This document shows positions 25,564 to 39,817 of a stretch of 64,000 nucleotides of DNA, piece after piece. This DNA comes from Octopus vulgaris (Eukaryota): positions 57,598,001-57,662,000 of the forward strand of contig OX597823.1 of NCBI GenBank assembly GCA_951406725.2. The letters run 5' to 3'. A model generated the notes under the pieces. The model was not told the DNA's origin, did no database searches, and saw only the letters and a list, made by a program, of their open reading frames with translations. The translations under genes and the position numbers were made by a program. Position 1 is the stretch's first letter, and every line of letters begins with the position of its first letter.

Positions 25564-26607
25564 CATACACACACGACGGGCTTATTTAGTTTCCGTCTAA
25601 CAAATTCACTTACAAGGCTTTGGTCGGCCCCAGGCTACAGTGGAAGATATTTGTCCAAGGTGCCACGCAGTAGGACTGAACCCTAAACCATGCTTTTGGG
25701 AAACTTGACTAAACATCTTACTATAGAGCCACGCCTGCGCCTATTGTTCACAAAATGGAACAAAACACTAAATGATTGTTTCAAAAGTTTTCACAGTATT
25801 GTAGGTTTTTAGTTACATAATGTTTAATTTTACTCAGTATTTCCGTATAAATTGTAAGGTTTCCAGAACAGTCACAATTTAAACATTAAGAAGCGGATCG
25901 AAGACGCAGATTCTATCAAAATTAGCAGTTAGAAAGAAGCTTGCATCAAACTAGTTCGCAGCTGTTTTTCGAAAATAAATAGATAAATAAATGAATTAAA
26001 GAAGAAACTTGACTCATAATCAACGTTTATAAGTCAAATATTGCACAGCTTTACCCACCTCTTATCAAATTATATACCAACTACTCGTGGTCTCAAACTA
26101 TTGTTATGGCTTATGACTACACGAGTAACCCTCTTTAACTCAACAGCGGCTGATGAGACGTATAGTCACCAAAACATCTACACACTCAGCGTAGTAACTA
26201 CTTATTATCCTATATTTTTATTTACTATATGGTATATTAAAAGTCCATTCTTATTTGTTTAATATACTTCAACATATAGTCATAGCACCGACTAGGTGTT
26301 GATTTGTGCACTCTCAATGATTAGATATATCTTATTGATAAAGTAGACGAACTAAGATTCTATTGTCTATGTTCATGCGATTTTATCTCCTGTATTGCCT
26401 TTGCATGTGCTCAAGCTTCCAAACATATTCCGCCACCAGTTAATTCTGAAGGTATATCTTACTACCTTTCTAAGTCGGTTTTTATCTCTCGGTGATCTAT
26501 GAAGTGGTCGCTTCGTTCCTTTCTCTGTTCCTGATCGATTTATATATTAACCAGTCATGATGTCAACAACTGCTCTCCCTCCTTCTCTCTTTCTGTCTGT
26601 CAGTCAC

Positions 26608-26743
<136 letters not shown>

Positions 26744-26812
26744 TAACATGTGTACATGAACATTATATATCTATACAAATGCATATACATATATCTATCT
26801 ATCTATATCTAC

Positions 26813-26881
<69 letters not shown>

Positions 26882-27879
26882 AATCTATACCTATATACAT
26901 AGGCATGCGCGCACAGACTCACACACGTACACGCACACACAACACATACTGTACGATGCTTAGTTGTTTTCGAGTTGTCTGGTATTGTAGTCTAGTCACG
27001 TTATTTCACAATATATATAACAACTCTAGACTAGTTTTCAGACAAATGAAGTAAAATCAATTAAGAAATATGTTTGGATTTTATCATATAATCAGAACAG
27101 ATATTCTCTCTCCTGTGAGCACTGTTATTTGTTCTGTTCTAGTTTCGACGTTAAGCTATATTGAAATTATTTGAGCGGTAAAGCAATTTGTTTGTGAGAG
27201 TGAAGTACATACATATAGAGTGTTATTAAGAAACCTAAAATATGATAGTTAATGTGTGTTACGTACGAGAGAAGAAGACAAGTACGTACTGTCGTGTCGT
27301 TTTAAAGTAATCAATGATAACTATTTGTTAATCGCAATTTTTGTTGGTGATACACTAAAGGTAGATTAACATGATATAAATATCTTGTGTTAATAATTGT
27401 TCCTATACACACAATTGCTAGTGCCACGGCAAAAAAAAATAATCGTTGCAAGATAGATGCTCATACATGTAGCGATCAGTTATTGACAAACTAAATCAAT
27501 ATCTAATTCTTGAACGATTGTGAAAATACAAATAAGAATAATAATAATAAAAACATATATTTACCTATCAGAAAAAATAGCACATTGATATATTTAGCTA
27601 TTTCTATACTTCCAGATCGGTAAAATTTGTTGTGAAAACATATTAATTTACACAACATAGAACCCACTTTATGTAGTTGATATATAACGTTACATATTTT
27701 GCTCTCAGTATTCTATACAGTGTGTTTCTACATACATTAAACAACAGTATTTCTGTAAAGAGAAAAAAACATGGTTATATATAAACTGTGCACGACAGCA
27801 CATCACATTGTACCGAATATACGTCGATGACGCCTTTGCCCTAACACATTGCATGAATGAAGAGTGCGGGAACCACGAT

Positions 27880-28310
27880 ATCTTCAAAAGCTTCCATCAC
27901 TCTTCTTGAAACTGTACATCCAAATGAATATCCAATGCCAGACATCTACCTTACTCTGAACGTCTTGCTTCTCTGGGCATGGACACATTCAAGCTCCGTC
28001 TGACAATTGGTTTGACAGTCACCCACATGATTATCCACCATCTTTTCAACAGCAAACTTGGGCACCCGTTTGAATTTTATATATCTAACACTCGTGGACA
28101 TGCTTTACTAAATTAAAAAAAAACCAATATAGCATCCATGACTTTCGGAAACATTTTTTCATGCCCAGACGTACTAAAGCATGAATAAAATACCTGCATT
28201 AGTTGGTAGCTGTCGATGTACTGCATCCTTCAAAACGTCCGTGCTCCATGATGCTTCTAGCCCCGTTCCTTTCTTTTTTTGTTTTGAGCTGTACTTCAAC
28301 TGAGCACTGT
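27880..28310 (+). mobile_element. CR1-type LINE ORF2 3' remnant
   Basis: Manual translation RHLPYSERLASLGMDTFKLR...SNTRGHA...HDFRKHFF, the typical CR1 C-terminus. Confidence 0.75.
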
Positions 28311-28317
28311 ATAGAAA

Positions 28318-28365
<48 letters not shown>

Positions 28366-28408
28366 TATTAGAGACAAAACCACTATTTAATAAAAAATAA
28401 TTTATAAT

Positions 28409-28443
<35 letters not shown>

Positions 28444-28475
28444 GATAATATGTATATGCTTATATACATATATAT

Positions 28476-28582
<107 letters not shown>

Positions 28583-28872
28583 CATACATACACATAGACA
28601 TATAGATATGCATATATGGGTGCAGGAGGTCACCGACCGGTGTAAACAACATGAAATACGTAGACAAAAGTGTCAAATATGTAAACACCGAGAGAAAATG
28701 GAAAACACAGAGAAAAGGTAAGCACAAAGAAACGACCCTTCATCAGTTGTCGGCAGTCTATGTACTTCTCATTTGAAGCATTCAATAACAATATGAATCT
28801 TCAAAGACAGCTGCTCCTATATATTCTAAACTATAATTTAGGATTTATGAAGCCTCAAACTTACCTACCTAC

Positions 28873-28939
<67 letters not shown>

Positions 28940-30051
28940 CACTCCTCGACAGAAAGGAACACAGAAATAAACAGGGAGAGAAAAGAGAAAAAGGTATCGT
29001 GGCTAGTGATCTATTATGGCGAATGCCGGACAGAGTGGTCACACGGGAGTGTTAGGAAGAAGGGGAGATAATAAAGTAGTGGTGTTCCCAAAACGAAGGT
29101 GTGCGTGCGTGTGTATTTGAGAGCGTGTATGAGCGTATGTGTGCGTGTGGAAGGGGGCTAGTGACACTGACGTGTGCGTGTGTGCGTGTGTGCATGTGTA
29201 GGTGTGTGGATACTGGTGTAGGTGCTGGGAATTGGTCAGTGCTAAACATACATGCATATATACATACATGCATGCATACGTACCTACATATATATATATA
29301 CGAGTGTTTGTGCGTGTGTGCAAAAGTGATATATTCAGCAATTATTTTGTTTGATTATGTTGTTGACTACCATTTAGCTATGCGTCAAGATCATACACTA
29401 GCAACAATGTCTGATCTTGTTTGTCCTGAGACTCCTCAGGCAATCCTTCACCTCTATACTCATGTAGTTCCACTTAACCCAAATTACATATCAAAACGAA
29501 ATAAAACCAAGAAAGCAAAAGATGTAAAACTCATTGGTACAGCGTTAACCTGGCCGAAAAATCTGAAAGTGTTCTTCGGTGAATTTATAAATATGATTTC
29601 AAGTAATACACGAATGAGTAGACTTTGTTACGGTTGAATAAGTAGGAATAATAGAGTTACAGTGAAATGATTCCGAGTCGATCATGTGACAGTGATACGT
29701 TGTCGCCGAGAAAGAGGTTAAAGTAACAATTGATTCGTTTGTTGGTCACTTCATAATAGATATACGTGTGATGGTTTTAGCTTGATATTTTTCGATGTGG
29801 ATGAATGGCTGTGTTTCCGTGTATGTGTGTGTGTTTGTTGTGGTGTGTGCGTGAATGTATGTATGTATGTATGTATGTATGTATGTATGTATGTATGTGC
29901 TTGTCTGTTTTTTGTGTGTTTATATGTGCATATGTGTCTGAATGTCTTTCAATGCTTCAGTCAGACACAAATATGTAATGTGTGTGTATATACATGTACA
30001 TATATACGTATATATATATATATATGTATATTATATTATACACACACACAT

Positions 30052-30107
<56 letters not shown>

Positions 30108-30944
30108 GCATATGCGTGTATATATATATATCTTTGTGCGTGGATATGAGTGTGTGCATATGCGTGTTTTTATAATATATGTATGTGTATGGAAGTTTGT
30201 TTACAATCACGCATACAGGCCATACTCACATTTATATAAATATGAGCATATGCAAATATCTGTCGCTGTACATGTGACAGTTTGGTATGTGCATGTGTGC
30301 ATGTGTACATCTGCATAAATACGAATAGATCTTCACCTCACAACAGAAATCAGTAGATGATATCTTGAAAAATGTTCGAAATCAGCAGATGATATCTTGA
30401 AAAATGTTCCATTTCATAGGCGCAGGCATTGCTGTGCGGTAAGAGGATTGTTTCCGAGCTACGTAGCTTCGAGTTCAATACCACTGCGTGGCACCTCCAG
30501 GTATTGTCTTATGAAGGGTTCTAATCGAATAAATCAACCTCAGGACTTTGTTTTTAAGTGTAGTACTTATTCTATCGGACTATTTGGCTGAACCCCTAAG
30601 TTATGGGGACGCAAATATCAACACCAGTTGACAAGCGGCGGTGGGGGAAACCACAGGCATAAAGACACACGTATACACACACACATGCATACACACATAC
30701 ATACACACATGCAAACACACACACGCACGTACAGACACACACACACACACACACGCATACACACATATATATGTATATACACTACGGACTTCTTTCAGTT
30801 TCCGTCTAGCAAATCCACTCACAAGTTTTGGTCAGCCGAAAGCTACAGCAGATGACACTTGCCTAAGATGTCACGCAGGGGGACTGAACCAGGAACCATA
30901 TATTTAGGAAGCAAGCTCCTTACCATACACTTATGCCTGCCACT

Positions 30945-31920
30945 ATTATTAATACAAAATGCTTCTAAACTCTCACTTGATCATTGCCGATGAGGTTCTC
31001 CTCGAGTCACAGTCAGGTGTTCGGACCCATTGTTGTACAGCCAACAGGATTTTTCTATACAAGAAATCGGTGGTGGTGGTGGTGGTGGGGGAAGCAGAGT
31101 TCATCAGGGACATGCTTCCGAGTATTCTAGAAACCGGAAAATGCTTTTGACAATGCATCAGAAGAATGCCTGTGGTTGCATACACCACTTCATCTCATTG
31201 ATTTAATCGCTTGTTTGATTACATTTTTTTAAAGTTAAAAACGATGTTGTAAACACTTTCCGAATACATGCTGATTGAAGCAGGGTTGCGTTCTTGTACC
31301 TAAACTTTTCTTATAGTTGTCTGCAATGTATTTCGAAATTCATCCAGGCAATGTAAGTGTTGATATGAGATACTGTTTTGAATGGTGAACTATTTAACAT
31401 GACCAAAATTTTGATCTCTTCCTATATATCTAAAAGCTTGAATAGGCAGATGACAAGTCTATTCTCTTGTCATACACATCGGCAACTCCAGTAATTAGTT
31501 AGCAACTTCACCGGTTCATATAACTATTTTAGTCTCACAATGAATATCAAAAAGATTGCAGTCCTAACTCAAACTGCTCCGAAGACAGACCTCCTTGATT
31601 TTAACATCACTATCTTTGATGCGGCTCTGGAACAAGTTAGACAATTTCCTTATCTTGGAATTATTATTCTTAACAAATGTACTTCGGAAAAGTTTATGGC
31701 ACAGAAAACTGGATCTGCTTATTCAGCACTTAATAGAACAGACTTAACTGACTTTTAAGAACAAATATTTTCCCCAAAATACGAAATTTCGGTCTATGCA
31801 GGTGATATCAGCTCAGAGTTATTCTACAATTGTGAAACTCAGACACATCATCGTTGTGACATCAAAAAACTAGAGCATTTCCATCAACACAACTGGCTTT
31901 GATATTCAACATGGCTGCAA
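30945..31920 (+). pseudogene. Decayed RTE-clade reverse transcriptase
   Basis: Motif remnants IADEVLLESQSGVR, LKQGCVLVPKLF, LTMNIKK, LEQVRQFPYLG, LFYNCET...DIKKLEHFHQ. Confidence 0.82.
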
Positions 31921-31944
31921 ATGTTAAAAAAAAAACACGAACGT

Positions 31945-32005
31945 GGGAGACTGAAGCAGACATTTGTTTCGGGTGATGTGACCCCATCATCAGTGAAACT
32001 GACGT
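31945..32005 (-). ncRNA. Minimal hammerhead ribozyme motif (Penelope-type) with canonical core
   Basis: Minus strand CA-CTGATGA-T-GGG-GTCACATCA-CCC-GAA-AC-AAAT-GT-C/TG; GUC cleavage triplet; proximal stem I only 2 bp. Confidence 0.6.
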
Positions 32006-32495
32006 TTCTCGAAGTAGAAAGAAAAAAGAAGTTTGAAGAAAAACGCAAAAAATGTAAAACAACCATACCCTCTACTATCTCTTCCTTGTTTTACAACCAT
32101 CACACGAATTGCGTTCGTGAGATGGTTGTGATCTGCAAACAGTTTTAAGTAGGAACCGGAAAAAATAAACACAATGCGCATGTGCACACTAAATTCGTTA
32201 AACGATAGGGAAGAATAAAAAAAGTAATGCGCATGTCAAAATAAAACGGAAGAGAAGAATAAAACAAATTACATGGTGGTCTGCAATGCCACGTCTAAAA
32301 CCACTGTCACGTAGCATTGATACGATTTTCTTGTTATCTTTGTTAAGGTTGGCCTTGCGCGTAGCGGACCCACGAAGTTCGGCAGAAATCAAAATTCTTG
32401 GATCTAAGATTTTGTGAGAGGGGACTAGACATATATGTTATATTTGTGTGCATGTATTGTTGTCTTGCTTGTTATTGTTACTATTAATAATATCA

Positions 32496-33189
32496 AGGCG
32501 GCGAGATGACAGAATCGTTAAGCACACCAGGTAAAATCCTTAGCGGTATTTCGTCCCTCTTTACGGTCTGAGTTTAAATTCCGTCGAGACGGACTTTGCC
32601 TTTCATTCTTTTAGGGTCGAGAAAATAAGCACCATTTGAATACTGGAGTCGATGTAATCGACTAGTCCCCTCCCACAAACTCTTAGGATTATTAATATTA
32701 AGGTGGCGAGCTGGCTGAATGGTTAGCACGCGGGGTGAAAGGCTTAGCGGCATTTCGTCTATCTTCATTATCTGAGTTCAAATTCCGCCGAGGTCGACTT
32801 TGTCTTTCATCCTTTCGGAGTCGATAAAATAAGTAACAGTTGAGCACTGAGATCGATGTAATCGACTTGCCCCCTCCCTCGAGGTTTCTGGCCTTGTGCC
32901 AAAATTTGAAACAAAGGCGGCAAGCTGCCAGGAACGTTACCATGTCGGGCGAAAGGCTTAGCGGCATTTCGTTCATCTTTACGTTCTGTGTTCAAATTCC
33001 GCCGAGGTTGAGTTTTCATCCTTACTGGATCGAAAAATTAAGTACCAGTGAAACACTGGGTCGATGTAATCGACTATCCCCATCCCATCAAATTTCAGGC
33101 CTTGTTCTTACAGTAGAAAGTATTATTATTATTGTTGTTGTTGTTGTTGTTGTTGCTGCTATTATTATTATTATTATTATTATCATTAA

Positions 33190-33225
<36 letters not shown>

Positions 33226-33440
33226 CATCATTATTGTTATTATTTAAGGCGGCCAGCTGGCAGAATTGTTAGCATGCTGGAGGAAACGCTTAGCAGTATT
33301 TCGTCTACTGCTTCGTTCTGAGTTCAAATTCCGCCGATGTCGACTTTGCCTTTCATCCTTTCGGGGTCGATAAATCAAGTACGAGTTGAGTGAGTACTGG
33401 GGCGATGTAATCGACTGACCCCTCTCACAAATTTCAGATT
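32496..33440 (+). mobile_element. Head-to-tail chain of four SINE family B copies
   Basis: AGGCGGCGAG-type heads at ~32496, 32701, 32915 and 33246; another chain at 46535-47065. Confidence 0.88.
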
Positions 33441-33613
33441 ATTATTATTATTATATGCGCCTCTACAGTCACCACCTTGTCGCCTTTACGAACGCACAGA
33501 AGCGGAAAACTCTGAGTAGCAATGGAGTGAATTACGCTTTTGGAAGTAATAAATAAATAATAAGCATCGCGTGTATTGAGTATAGCTTATCTTGTTTGAA
33601 CGGACGAACATTG

Positions 33614-33671
<58 letters not shown>

Positions 33672-33980
33672 ACACAGACACACACGCACACACACATACA
33701 CACACACACACACACCGAACCAAACCACCGCCATTCACATGCGTATTCTGTGAAACAGATTGAGAAAGGGAGAGTACAAGAGAGAGAGAGAGAGCGACAG
33801 AAAGATAAAGAGATTAGGTGCATTATTAGAGAGATACTAAGCGAAAGATTACTGACAGAATGAATGAAAGAAGGTCGGCGATGGAGTGGGTGAAGTAAAC
33901 AGACGGTATAGATAAGTGACATGTATTTGTAAAAGTTTGGCGACCCGTGCATTTTCTTTGTCTAGTCTTGGGAAACTTAC

Positions 33981-34016
33981 CAACAGTAGACAGAGCAAAA
34001 CTTCCTGTAAGTTCAT
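33981..34016 (-). CDS. Tentative first coding exon (signal-peptide start MNLQEVLLCLLL)
   Basis: Minus strand aataaagATGAACTTACAGGAAGTTTTGCTCTGTCTACTGTTG|gtaagt: A at -3, consensus donor, sequence unique within the window. Confidence 0.42.
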
Positions 34017-34141
34017 CTTTATTGCCGTATTGATCTTACAAATTTCGCTCAAAATCTTCGCTGGCTACGAATATATACGTCTGCCATCTTATGACAAGCA
34101 TTGTAATATATAATTCCTCATTCTTGGGATATGTGTGCGGG

Positions 34142-34204
<63 letters not shown>

Positions 34205-34336
34205 CACACACATACATATATATATATGCACTTATATATACACTGTTAAACATATTATATGTATGACCATATGTTCATACGTAAATGTATGCATAGATGT
34301 ATGTATATAAGAAGTACTCATGTAATATATGTGGGC

Positions 34337-34372
<36 letters not shown>

Positions 34373-34430
34373 CATGCATGTACATTTCTATCTTTTTCAT
34401 TCTCTCTCTCTCTCTCTAGCTATCACACAC

Positions 34431-34461
<31 letters not shown>

Positions 34462-34537
34462 GCTGTATATGTATGCGGGTGTATTACACATTCTGTCCAC
34501 ATACAATACAACACACTTAAATTCACAAACTCTCATA

Positions 34538-34616
<79 letters not shown>

Positions 34617-35258
34617 CATATTCAGCACTTTGTACTTGTGTATAGATATGGAAGATTTTCCACCAGGTTCACCAGAGCAATTAAAATATAAATTCGCTTT
34701 TGTTTTGTGTTCCCTCATCTTACAAGTCCTCCAGGCAAAATATTTCTTCGCCAGACAAACACGTTCATTTTTCTCCCATACGCTAACAATGACCCTTGAC
34801 AACAATTGCTCGTACCACGTGAACCTAACCACGTCAAGACTGCAGAAATAATCGTTTCTTGTACAGGCACAAGGCCTGGAATTTGGGAGGAAATGGGGAT
34901 TAATCGATAACATCGATGCTACTGTTTCACTGGTACTTATTTGATCGACTTCGGGAGGATGAAAAGCAAAGTCAACCTCAGCAAAAGACCTGAGCTGAGA
35001 ACGAGTACACACGGACAAAATGCTTCTCGGCATTTTGTCCGACGTGCTAACAATTTAGGGAGTTCGCTACCCTCCTGATAGGAAATATAAAACTATGAAA
35101 AATATAAAAAAAACTAGAATTGATTCTAGATTAAAATAAAAAAAAAATCGGAACAGTGAATCTCGAATTCATTAAGACTACAAAGAAAAGCGTGTAATTA
35201 TTTCTATTTCTAAGTTTCTGTGCTTGGAGATTCGCAATTCCAAAATGGAATTATTTTG

Positions 35259-35488
35259 CACATTGTCCTCGATTTACGACCGAGTTCCGTTCCAACTGGC
35301 TGGTCGTAAGCTGATCTGGTTGTATGTCGGATTTAGGTTTTTGAACACTATTTTCATTCAAACGGGTTATGAAAATAAGACACAAATATTTAATCCATAA
35401 TTATTGTACATAATGTGATAAATACATATGTACTCTATTTTTTTTGTGGTCGTAAGTCGCATAGGTCGTAAGTTGAGGTGAAGATCTA
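35259..35488. mobile_element. Degenerate pogo/Tigger-like MITE
   Basis: CTCGATTTACGACC ... GGTCGTAAGTTGAG inverted match, plus repeated GGTCGTAAG subterminal motifs. Confidence 0.6.
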
Positions 35489-36320
35489 CATTCTGTCGAA
35501 GACTATAATTTTCCATAAGACATTTCGTTCAAAGTTAAAAAGTATAGATTTCTAGCAAATATAAAATATCACAAGCAATTAGGGTGGGCTGGCAAGTTGT
35601 CTGGGTTCGATATTATTGGCCACATCTAATACTACAAAAAAAAACCCAACAAAAAGTGAAAATTAATAAGAGCGATATTTGAACTCAGTTCGTAACGTAT
35701 TGTCAATAATTGCCACAAGGTTTTGTGTGAGTCTTTACTGATTTTTCTGTTCCAGTGCATTTTAACACTATGAAATTATTTAAAAATCAAATTATAAATA
35801 CTTCGTTTTAAAACACAAGGTCTGTTTTCTTCAGAAACCATAAAATAATTGAGTGTTGTATTCCAAGTATATAACATTAAAAAAAAACTGGTAGTTTTGT
35901 ATTAAGAGGTAAAACAGAAGGGCGCGGCCTCCACCACATATACACCAACGACTGAACCTTCATACAGTCACTTGTCATATTAGAAATAGCAGCCACATCG
36001 CCTGTAAATGAATTGGTTTGCTCATTATCTATCTATCTGTCTATCTCGTAAGATCGCCGTTTCGATCCTCAGAATCGGCAGTGCTCTGTGTCCTTTTGAT
36101 ATTTATTTTTTAACAAACCACTTCATTTCACGTTGCTCTAGATCACTTATGTGTAAATGGGTGAACTTACGACGGACTGGCGTTCCGTTCAAGAGAAATA
36201 TTGATCTGCCTGCCTGCCTGGCAAGTGGGATAGCATCATTCAAAAAGTACAACAATGCGATGAATATTATTGTGAGTAGCATTGTCTAATAGTATCTGAT
36301 AGTCTGGTCGATACGTATAT

Positions 36321-36386
<66 letters not shown>

Positions 36387-38551
36387 TACATATATATGTT
36401 TGTGTGTGTGTGTCTGTGTCTGTGTCTGTGTCTGTGTGAGTGTGTGTTCGGCTGTTATCACGCTGCTGGACAGCTGTCACTGAGGAACCCAAAGCAGAGT
36501 GAAATCTCGTGAACCGGCAGTTCCGACGGCTGTAGAAGACGTTTATCGTATGTCAACGATATAATTATATGTGCTTTTATGTATCATGTGTCCTTATGAA
36601 ATATCCTTTCAAGGTAAGTAACGCAAAATTATGTACTCTAACACAACCTCCACGTAAACTTGAAGATCAAGACTACCACACAAACATACACACACATACA
36701 TATATATACACACACTTATTTTACTTGAAACTTTAAGAAAGTTATATGACGCCATCTCCTATTCAGAGCATGTACGTCCACAGGTCACAATTTGCCGAAT
36801 TAGTTCACTACTCTAACACAGTTCGATAAGGTGGAATTTCGTATCTTGCTAAAATATTATCATGTGTGCATCATGTTGTGCGGAATAAAGTTAGTCTGCG
36901 GTATAAACTGAATCACGGCTGAAACATTTCGCTTGGAAATGAAATAAACAACACGGCCACAGTTTCCTTGATCGTAAGTATTTTTAAATGATCTAAATAA
37001 AAATGATCAAAAATAAAAAAAATGGTCTAAATAAAAATGAATTAAATTAAAATCATTGCCAGGCCTACGAACGTTAAAAGTGGGAGAACGTTAATTAGCA
37101 TTTTGTTTTAAGTGCCTTTGAACGAATGAAAGACAAATTAATAGTTGGCGTAGTTTTAACCAATCGCAAAACGCAAAGCAAATATGGAAGGAGCCAAACG
37201 GATAATTACGATAGAGTGACGACTTACTGCAGCTTTTAAACGCAATACCTTTTAACAACACTGCTCTGGCTACATGACTTAGATTCAAAGTAAACAAACT
37301 AAACACCTTTTAAAGAAAAACAGCTATCGGCAAATTTTTGTCTCGTTTGGCTTCTTACCGCCTGTTTGATTATCAGCTGAAGCCATTTTACATCACTTAT
37401 TTATTTTGATTGTTACCTGAATAGCCTCATCACCAAAGGCTAAACATCTGGATACAATTGGATCGCATTTTTGGCAATAGCATTTGTTTCATTGTCACTT
37501 TGAACCTCTATTCCTTCCACATCTTAATTTGACTGTAGTCAGACCCCATGGACTAAAATGAAACTATAATTTCATTCTACCGGTAAGTGTAATAGAAAGA
37601 ACTAATGATGTTTGCTGTGGGAAAACTCCCAGCAATCTGAGTCTGCAATGAAGATTTGCCCGTCGGTTAAATCATTCATTTAACGAATTTTAATTGACTT
37701 TTCTTGACAATGGCCATTCACTGGACATACAAATTTTACAGTATTAATACTATTTATATTCTTGTAATTTTATCTCTTATCCTTTATTTATTTCAGTAAT
37801 AGGACCGCGGCCATGCTGGGACACCGTCTTGAAAACTTGAAAAGATTAGTCGAACAAATCGACACTTTTTAAAATCTGCTACTCACTTATTTCGTCGTCT
37901 TGCCGAATCGTTAATTTGAAATAAAATAAATAACAAGAAAACAAAAAAGCTATAAGGCAATGCACAATTATTCAGCGAATGAACCTGAAAACATATTTGT
38001 TGTGAATCAAATTTCTTACAGCATAGCCACAAAATTTTCGAATTTATGTTTTAATTAATAAGAAATGATATTGTGTTAGCGATTTTAGCCTTAAATAGCT
38101 TATTTTAATGGAAGTAGTGTTGAAAGTTTCACTCAACTCATGATTTGGCGACGTGAGTAATTTTAAAGGATTTTAATCTTGGAACTAACATTGACTGATT
38201 ACAGTAGACTTGACCACAAGATCTTTGCTTTGCTCGGTTGTTTGTGCTTATAAAATGCAATGAATTAATGCGAGGCAGAATAGTGAGAGGTAGAGTTAGG
38301 GAGAGGCAGAATAGTAGGAAGAAAGGAGAAACTTATCAGGCTGGAAGCCTGGATTGAATAATTATAACAGACTAGACTCTGTGGAAAATACCAAAGCGCT
38401 AGATGAGGTGGCTTCACCGATTAACGCATTAAATCTACAACCACTAAACACCACATTTCTTTATAAATTCCGTATACCAAACATCACTCAAGGAAATTTG
38501 CCCCACTCGAAGGTAGGAAATATTTGCTCAATGGGCTGTGCTACGAACATA

Positions 38552-39346
38552 AGGTCCTTTTTTACGTTTAAGGGAGCAACAGTAAAACTGTTTTATGTTC
38601 CTTATTTTCCTATAATCCAGTCTGTGATTCTTAAAGAACCACGTTGATGAGAAGCTAAATTCATAACAACACGACCTGCAAACTTACAACATACACCTGG
38701 AACCTCTTGGATATGGATGTAAAAAAAAATTCAGACTGAATTTGAAAGCCGTTCAGTTTTTAGTTACAATCCTTTGCATTTCGACTTCAAGTCATTTTAT
38801 GCTTGTGTTTGCCTTCCCTCCACTATGATTCAATAATAAATAATTACGAACTGCTGCTGTTGTTATTGTTTAATATCAAGACCACTCTGTACAAAACTTC
38901 GGTGAAGAGTATTCTGGCCGTGGCCAATATGACTTCCTTTTAGGGTGTGTAAGGATTACAAAAAATGCAGTAGGTTGTGATTAGAGAGAGGTTTTGCACT
39001 TATTTATAGCAGGTCAGCTGACTACAAAAAAGTTTCCTCGTTGGTTCAATATAGTGCTCGTAATACATTAGTAATATTCTATTCAACGAGACTAAAACAT
39101 CTTGGAGTGGAATAAAATTTTCCAAGTTTATTTTGTCTTGACATCCAACATAGAAGCAAAGGCTTAGGCGATGACACAACAATCCATTAAGGGTTACAAG
39201 TCCAACGATCCATTAACGTTTTCTGGCACCAGTGTAATTAAGGGTTATCTCACTAAATGACCCTTTAAGAATCACTGACCGGATTACAGGAAAAGAATGG
39301 ACATCAAAAAGTATTATTGTTGCTCCCTTAAATGTAAAAAGGACCT
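38552..39346. repeat. Spaced inverted repeat, ~85-bp arms (38552-38636 and 39263-39346)
   Basis: Manual alignment: 11 mismatches plus one indel over ~85 bp. Confidence 0.9.
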
Positions 39347-39758
39347 CGTGTCCAACCGAATACAAAACAAAAACGAAAAATAGACTTAAGCCAAACAACA
39401 ACAACGGCAATAACAAAAACCGTAAGAAAAGCCGAGGAAAGCTAATGTGGAAGTGTTGTGTGAATAGATTTCTTTAATCACTGTATTTAATTCATTGTAA
39501 ACAAGGTGAATATAACGTCTTCACGCGATGTCAGCTCAGAACTGTTAGAATTTCTGAAACGATTAATGTGTTTGTCGATGTCGGAGTTGACTTGCTTGGC
39601 TTTCAGCCAAAACTAGCCTGGACACAACTTAAAAGTGTGTGTTAACTTACGAGGAAGAGATAGTCGTCTATTGGAAACGAAGAAATTAGCTTCAACGACG
39701 ACGACGACGTAGCTATGGTTGCACGTTATGCGCTGCGGAGCAGCAGCAGCAGTAGTAA

Positions 39759-39817
<59 letters not shown>

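Noticed and set aside
28735-28760. CTGATGAAGGG hammerhead half-core on the minus strand (similar partial motifs at 26150 and 13620-13665)
   Set aside because: No closing stem II plus GAAA in the right geometry, so it cannot be supported as a ribozyme.
38354-39416. Two ORFs sharing FTFKGAT...SVILK
   Set aside because: Reflects the DNA inverted repeat; similarity stops at the arm boundaries.
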